Positions 60,035 to 64,000 of a stretch of 64,000 bases of DNA are shown in pieces (the first letter of the stretch is position 1; each line of letters opens with the position of its first letter). Below the pieces are notes generated by a model. It worked only from the letters and a program-made list of their open reading frames with translations, ran no database searches and was not told the origin of the DNA. The stretch is from an uncultured Candidatus Entotheonella sp. (GTDB taxonomy: Bacteria; Tectomicrobia; Entotheonellia; Entotheonellales; Entotheonellaceae), in NCBI GenBank assembly GCA_965215335.1, contig CBDCDA010000001.1, positions 672,001 to 736,000 of the forward strand, given 5' to 3'. Made by a program: the position numbers and the translations under genes.

Positions 60035-60063
60035 TATTTACACGGTTTTAGCGGGATCGTCAA
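60035..60063 (-). promoter_or_regulatory. sigma70-like promoter pointing at porin 1
   Basis: Minus strand TTGACG-17 bp-TAAATA in an AT-rich patch. Confidence 0.55.
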
Positions 60064-60097
60064 TAGACAGACCGCCTTGACGACAGACAGCCCGCTA

Positions 60098-60133
60098 TCA
60101 CCGCTCCAAGGGCCGGTGCCCTTGGAGCGGTGA
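60098..60133. terminator. Perfect 16-bp hairpin upstream of the porin promoter
   Basis: TCACCGCTCCAAGGGC-CGGT-GCCCTTGGAGCGGTGA. Confidence 0.6.
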
Positions 60134-60349
60134 AACAGAACCGATTCCAGCGTGCAACCGCTCGTTAAACCTCAGCTTGTCGCACCCTCGCACGAAATTG
60201 TCACGCCTGTCAACCCGCCTTGCGCGTTTTTTCGTGTCGTTGCAACATGTCCACCCAAGGCACGGGCAGACGGGGACGGGCGCTGCGCTCAGGGCGTCGC
60301 CCTGCGTCGGTGCGCTCATCGAGAGGGTGCTCGTGAATACCGTCTGCGG

Positions 60350-60651
60350 CTACCCCGGCGTTGCAAAGAAAATCCGCCAAAGCAGGGCGAGCACCGCGAA
60401 CAACAGCGGCGCGTTGAAGGCCAGTAGCAGAATTCACCTTGCCGTTCAGCGCCTCGATTTTCACGGTCACATCTGCTCGCAGGGTCTCAACTTCCGTGCG
60501 AACGTCGGCGCGAAGCCCCTCCAGGTCCGCCTTGGTCGCCAGTTGTCCGGTGTCGGCATCCGCCAGCGCGGTGACGAGCCGCCGCCTGCGGCTCCGGCAT
60601 GCCGCCATCGAGCAGGCCGGTCTTGAGCGCCCGGGTGTCAATCAAGGGCAT
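60350..60651 (-). pseudogene. DUF1640/CCDC90-like coiled-coil membrane protein with two frameshifts
   Basis: MPLIDTRALKTGLLDGGMPEPQA / LVTALADADTGQLATKADLEGLRADV / LLLAFNAPLLFAVLALLWRIFF across successive frameshifts. Confidence 0.65.
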
Positions 60652-61248
60652 CGTGATGTCCTTTTCGGGTCGAGGGAGAACGCGGCAAGCAGTCTGCCGC
60701 CTCACATGATACGCCGGTCTGTACATGAAGCAAAGAGAGGGAGGAGTCAGCCAATACAGGTTGGCTTCCTCGTGACTCGATCAGACACGCTATCGCTTGG
60801 CTTTGCGCTTACGGGCATCCCTGATGGATCATACAAGGCCAACAAGGACCAGGGCACAAAAGATGAGGCCGATCACGTCCAATTCAGACCCCTGTCTGGA
60901 ACCACCAAAATTCAGTCGATATGCCCTGGGGGTGCGAAGGATGGCCAGAGACTGTCCGCCAAATTGTCCGTGTTCCAGAGCATTGCCGTATCTGATTACC
61001 CTCCCCTCTCCTGGACCCTCCCCCACGGAGGGGGGGATCGGAGGTCCGCCCGTCTCTCCGGAGGGGGTTTTACTCCCTCTCCCCTGGAGCGCGAGGGCCT
61101 GCCTCGGACTTGATCCGGGGCTTGGGGTAAGGGGGAAAGCCCCGGATTACGCGCCGTCTTGATCCGGAAGTGCTCTGGCAGTCGAGAATTCCACAGAAAT
61201 TCGGCACCGCCCACATAATGGATGGAAATCAAAAGAGAAGGAGGCAGT

Positions 61249-62292
61249 ATGCGAGGTGATGGAAGGGTTTTTCGGCGCGGGCAGATTTGGTGGGTCGCGT
61301 ATTATCACGACGGACGGGAACACCGTGAGTCATCGAAGTCGCGGGAGCGCAAGGATGCTGTCAGGCTGCTCCGGACGCGCATCGGCGAAATTGCCGCGGG
61401 GACGGCTCAGCATTCCCCCGTGTCTGGCCGGGCTGGAACACGGGCCATCACGATGCAGGGTTTGTTTGACCTGGTTGAGAACCACTACCAACTCAACAAT
61501 CGTTCCAGCGCGACCAACAGCTTGTGTTTACGGCGCCTACGCCGCCGTTTCGCGGGATACACCGCCCAGGCTTGCACGAGCCTGGCCATCAGCCATTACA
61601 TGACCGCCATGCAGCGGGAAGGGCGCAAGGCGCCAACCATCAACCGTGAAATCGCCGTGCTGCGTTCTGCCTTCCGACTTGGCTACCACCATGATCTGGT
61701 TGCCAGAGTGCCGGCCATCAAGCTCCTGCCGGAGCTCGCGGTTCGCAACGAGTTCTTTACCCGCGCGGAGATCGACGCATTGCTTCCATACCTGCCGGAG
61801 TATCTGCGCGATGCCGTGCTGTTTGCCTTCCTCACCGGTTGGCGCAAAGGCGAAATTATTGGCTTACAGTGGACCAACGTGAATCGTTCGGGTGCGGTAA
61901 TCCGGTTGGAGCCGGGGCAGAACAAGAGCCGGGCGGTGCGAGTTCTCGCACTGCAAGGGGAACTGGCGGCGTTGATCGAACGCCGCTGGCACGCCCGCAA
62001 GGCCGGGCGGACACTGGCACGGAATGTTTTCCACCGTGCCGGCCATCAACTGACGGACTTCCGTCAGCCTTGGCTGGCGGCCTGCCGCCAAGTCGGCTTG
62101 GGGCACCGCATGTTCCACAGCCTGCGACGCAGCGCAGCCCGAAACATGTCCCTGCAGGGCGTTCCGGAGAAGGTCATCATGTCGATCATGGGACACAAGA
62201 CGCGGGTGATGTTCGACCGCTACAACATTGTGACGGAAGCTGACCAGCGGGCATACATAGAGCGGCTATTCGGGTCGCAACACGGACAATGA
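61249..62292 (+). CDS. Tyrosine recombinase/integrase with N-terminal arm-binding domain
   Basis: R (TGWRKGE), K (QNKS), HxxR (HSLR), H (MGHK), Y (DRYNI); AAGGAGG RBS. Confidence 0.93.
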   Translation: MRGDGRVFRRGQIWWVAYYHDGREHRESSKSRERKDAVRLLRTRIGEIAAGTAQHSPVSGRAGTRAITMQGLFDLVENHYQLNNRSSATNSLCLRRLRRRFAGYTAQACTSLAISHYMTAMQREGRKAPTINREIAVLRSAFRLGYHHDLVARVPAIKLLPELAVRNEFFTRAEIDALLPYLPEYLRDAVLFAFLTGWRKGEIIGLQWTNVNRSGAVIRLEPGQNKSRAVRVLALQGELAALIERRWHARKAGRTLARNVFHRAGHQLTDFRQPWLAACRQVGLGHRMFHSLRRSAARNMSLQGVPEKVIMSIMGHKTRVMFDRYNIVTEADQRAYIERLFGSQHGQ

Positions 62293-62362
62293 CGCGGACA
62301 TTCTGCCAGTTGCAGATGGCAGAGGGTTGATTTGTAGGAGGTTTCGGACTTTATGTCACTAG

Positions 62363-62900
62363 ATGACCTATGTAACTCGACTTCTCGTCCTACTGTTCGC
62401 AGGGCTTTTCATGATGAGCGCGTCGGCTTCCGCCGACGACCGGCTCACGGTTTCGGGCAACATCGATACCCGTTTGTACGCTTGGGACAACTTGTCGTTA
62501 TTTGACCGCAACTACACGACGCTCGTGACAGGTGGCGACGATAACGCCACCCTGCAAGCCGGCGATGAGGACGCCATGTCCCACGTTATCACGCGCTTCA
62601 ATCTCAGGTTCTCGATAGAGGCGTTTGAGAACAGCAAGGCTGTGCTTCAAACCCACGTGGACAAGGAGTGGGGCCAATCCGGCGTGCTCTTCGGGCCCTA
62701 CCATAAGGACGAATACACTCACGCTGCCACGCTTGGAGCCTACGGTGGCGCCATGACGATTGAAGGGTATTGGTTCGAGGGCCTGATTCCGGGCACCGCG
62801 GCCAAGTTCGAGGTCGGTGTTCCGTATATCGCCGCCGAGTCAGGGTCGTTCGGTGAAGCTACCAAGCTGCTCAATACCGCTGTCGCCGGCGCGACCCTTA
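62363..62900 (+). pseudogene. Outer-membrane beta-barrel paralog, copy 2, 5' part interrupted by IS
   Basis: Hand translation MTYVTRLLVLLFAGLFMMSASASADDRLTVSGNID...EGYWFEGLIPGTAAKFEVGVPY aligns with copy 1. Confidence 0.88.
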
Positions 62901-64000
62901 GGAATTTGTCGCAAATTAGTTTTTCATGTTTTGAGTTTTGTGTTTCAATGAGGCGCGATCACGAACTCGAAGCCACCATTGTTGAGAAGTACGCGGCGAT
63001 CGAAGCGTTTCTTGATGAGCGTGGGCGTCGTATCTGGGCAGCCACGGAGTCGCGTGCCATCGGCTATGGAGGAGATGCCCTGGTGTCGGATGCGACAGGA
63101 TTGTCGCGCCCGACCATTCGGGCGGGACGCCGAGAGCTGGCAGGTGGTGGCACTGAGTTTGGCCGGGTGCGCCGACCGGGCGCTGGACGACCGGGCATCG
63201 AGCAGTCTCAGCCGGGCATCAAGCAAGCGCTGGAGCAGTTGGTTGATCCGTTGACTCGCGGCGACCCGCAGTCGCCGTTGAGGTGGACGTGCAAGAGCAA
63301 AGCGAAGCTCACCGTGGCGCTGTCGAAGGCTGGCTGGAAGGTCAGTTCGACGACGGTGGGCCGTTTACTGCATGAGCTCGGCTATCGCCTGCAATCGGTG
63401 CGCAAGAGTCGAGAAGGGGCGTCGCACCCCGATCGCAACGCACAGTTCGAACATATCAATTCAAAGGCAGATGAGTTTTTGCAACGCGGTCAGCCGGTGG
63501 TATCGGTCGACACCAAGAAGAAGGAGTTGGTGGGTGATTTCAAGAACGCTGGCCGGGAGTGGCAACCGAAGGGGCAGCCCGAGCAATCACGGGTTCACGA
63601 CTTTCCTCAGGACGCGACGGGCAAGGCCATTCCCTATGGCATCTATGATATGGGAGGCAACGAAGCATGGGTCAGTGTTGGGTGTGACCACGACACGCCG
63701 GCGTTCGCGGTGGCCTCGCTGCGGCGGTGGTGGGACGAGATGGGCAAGCGTCGCTACTCCGAGGCTCGTGAGCTATTCATCACTGCCGATGCGGGCGGTA
63801 GCAACGGGTATCGCTGTCGCGCCTGGAAGCACGGACTGCAACAGTTTGCCGACGAGACGGGTGTGCGCATCCACGTCAGCCACTTCCCGCCCGGTACCAG
63901 CAAATGGAACAAGATCGAGCATCGTCTGTTCTGCCACATCACGCAGAATTGGCGAGGCAGGCCGTTGCGGACCTTTGAGACCATAGTCGATTTGATCGGC
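62899..64000 (+). mobile_element. ISAzo13-family insertion sequence (transposase ATG 62948; runs off window; left end approximate)
   Basis: LDERGRR, GYGG, RGDPQSPLRWTCKS, HPDRNAQF, SVDTKKKELVG, HFPPGTSKWNKIEHRLF. Confidence 0.92.

Noticed and set aside
61249..62292. Prophage
   Set aside because: No structural, replication or lysis genes around the integrase.

Overview
GC-rich chromosomal window from a diderm bacterium. The PQQ/F420/Mrp/hydantoinase gene content would fit a Candidatus Tectomicrobia-like or deltaproteobacteria-like lineage, but this is inference only. The backbone is mostly housekeeping and metabolic: rpsT, holA, lptE, tRNA-Arg(CCG), aroA, aroK, hydantoinase A/B, two Hsp20, beta-carbonic anhydrase, two PQQ dehydrogenases with the lanthanide-type DxD motif, sulfite/nitrite reductase, an 11-gene Mrp antiporter operon, truA, uvrA, a TolC-family gene, haloalkane dehalogenase, crotonases and an MFS pump. 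Two candidate DNA-rearrangement systems stand out. (1) At 58.3-64 kb, two head-to-head paralogous outer-membrane beta-barrel genes share a near-identical inverted repeat that begins exactly at their ATGs. They flank a 2.5-kb segment holding the one clear porin promoter and RBS plus an intact tyrosine recombinase bracketed by inverted arm-type repeats. This is a candidate integrase-driven porin phase-variation switch. The second copy is interrupted in frame by an ISAzo13 element. (2) A type I R-M locus (hsdM-hsdS-hsdR, 1-3931) has a second, inverted hsdS 10.5 kb away. Every target-recognition domain is bracketed by the same two repeats, one of which is the hsdM 3' tail carrying an SD and GTG, and one TRD occupies position 2 in one gene and position 1 in the other. 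Also seen: a Cys-codon uORF plus terminator upstream of the sulfite reductase, a structured leader upstream of the second PQQ dehydrogenase, a sigma54 promoter for hsp20, and GTAG-type REPs. No CRISPR array or rRNA.
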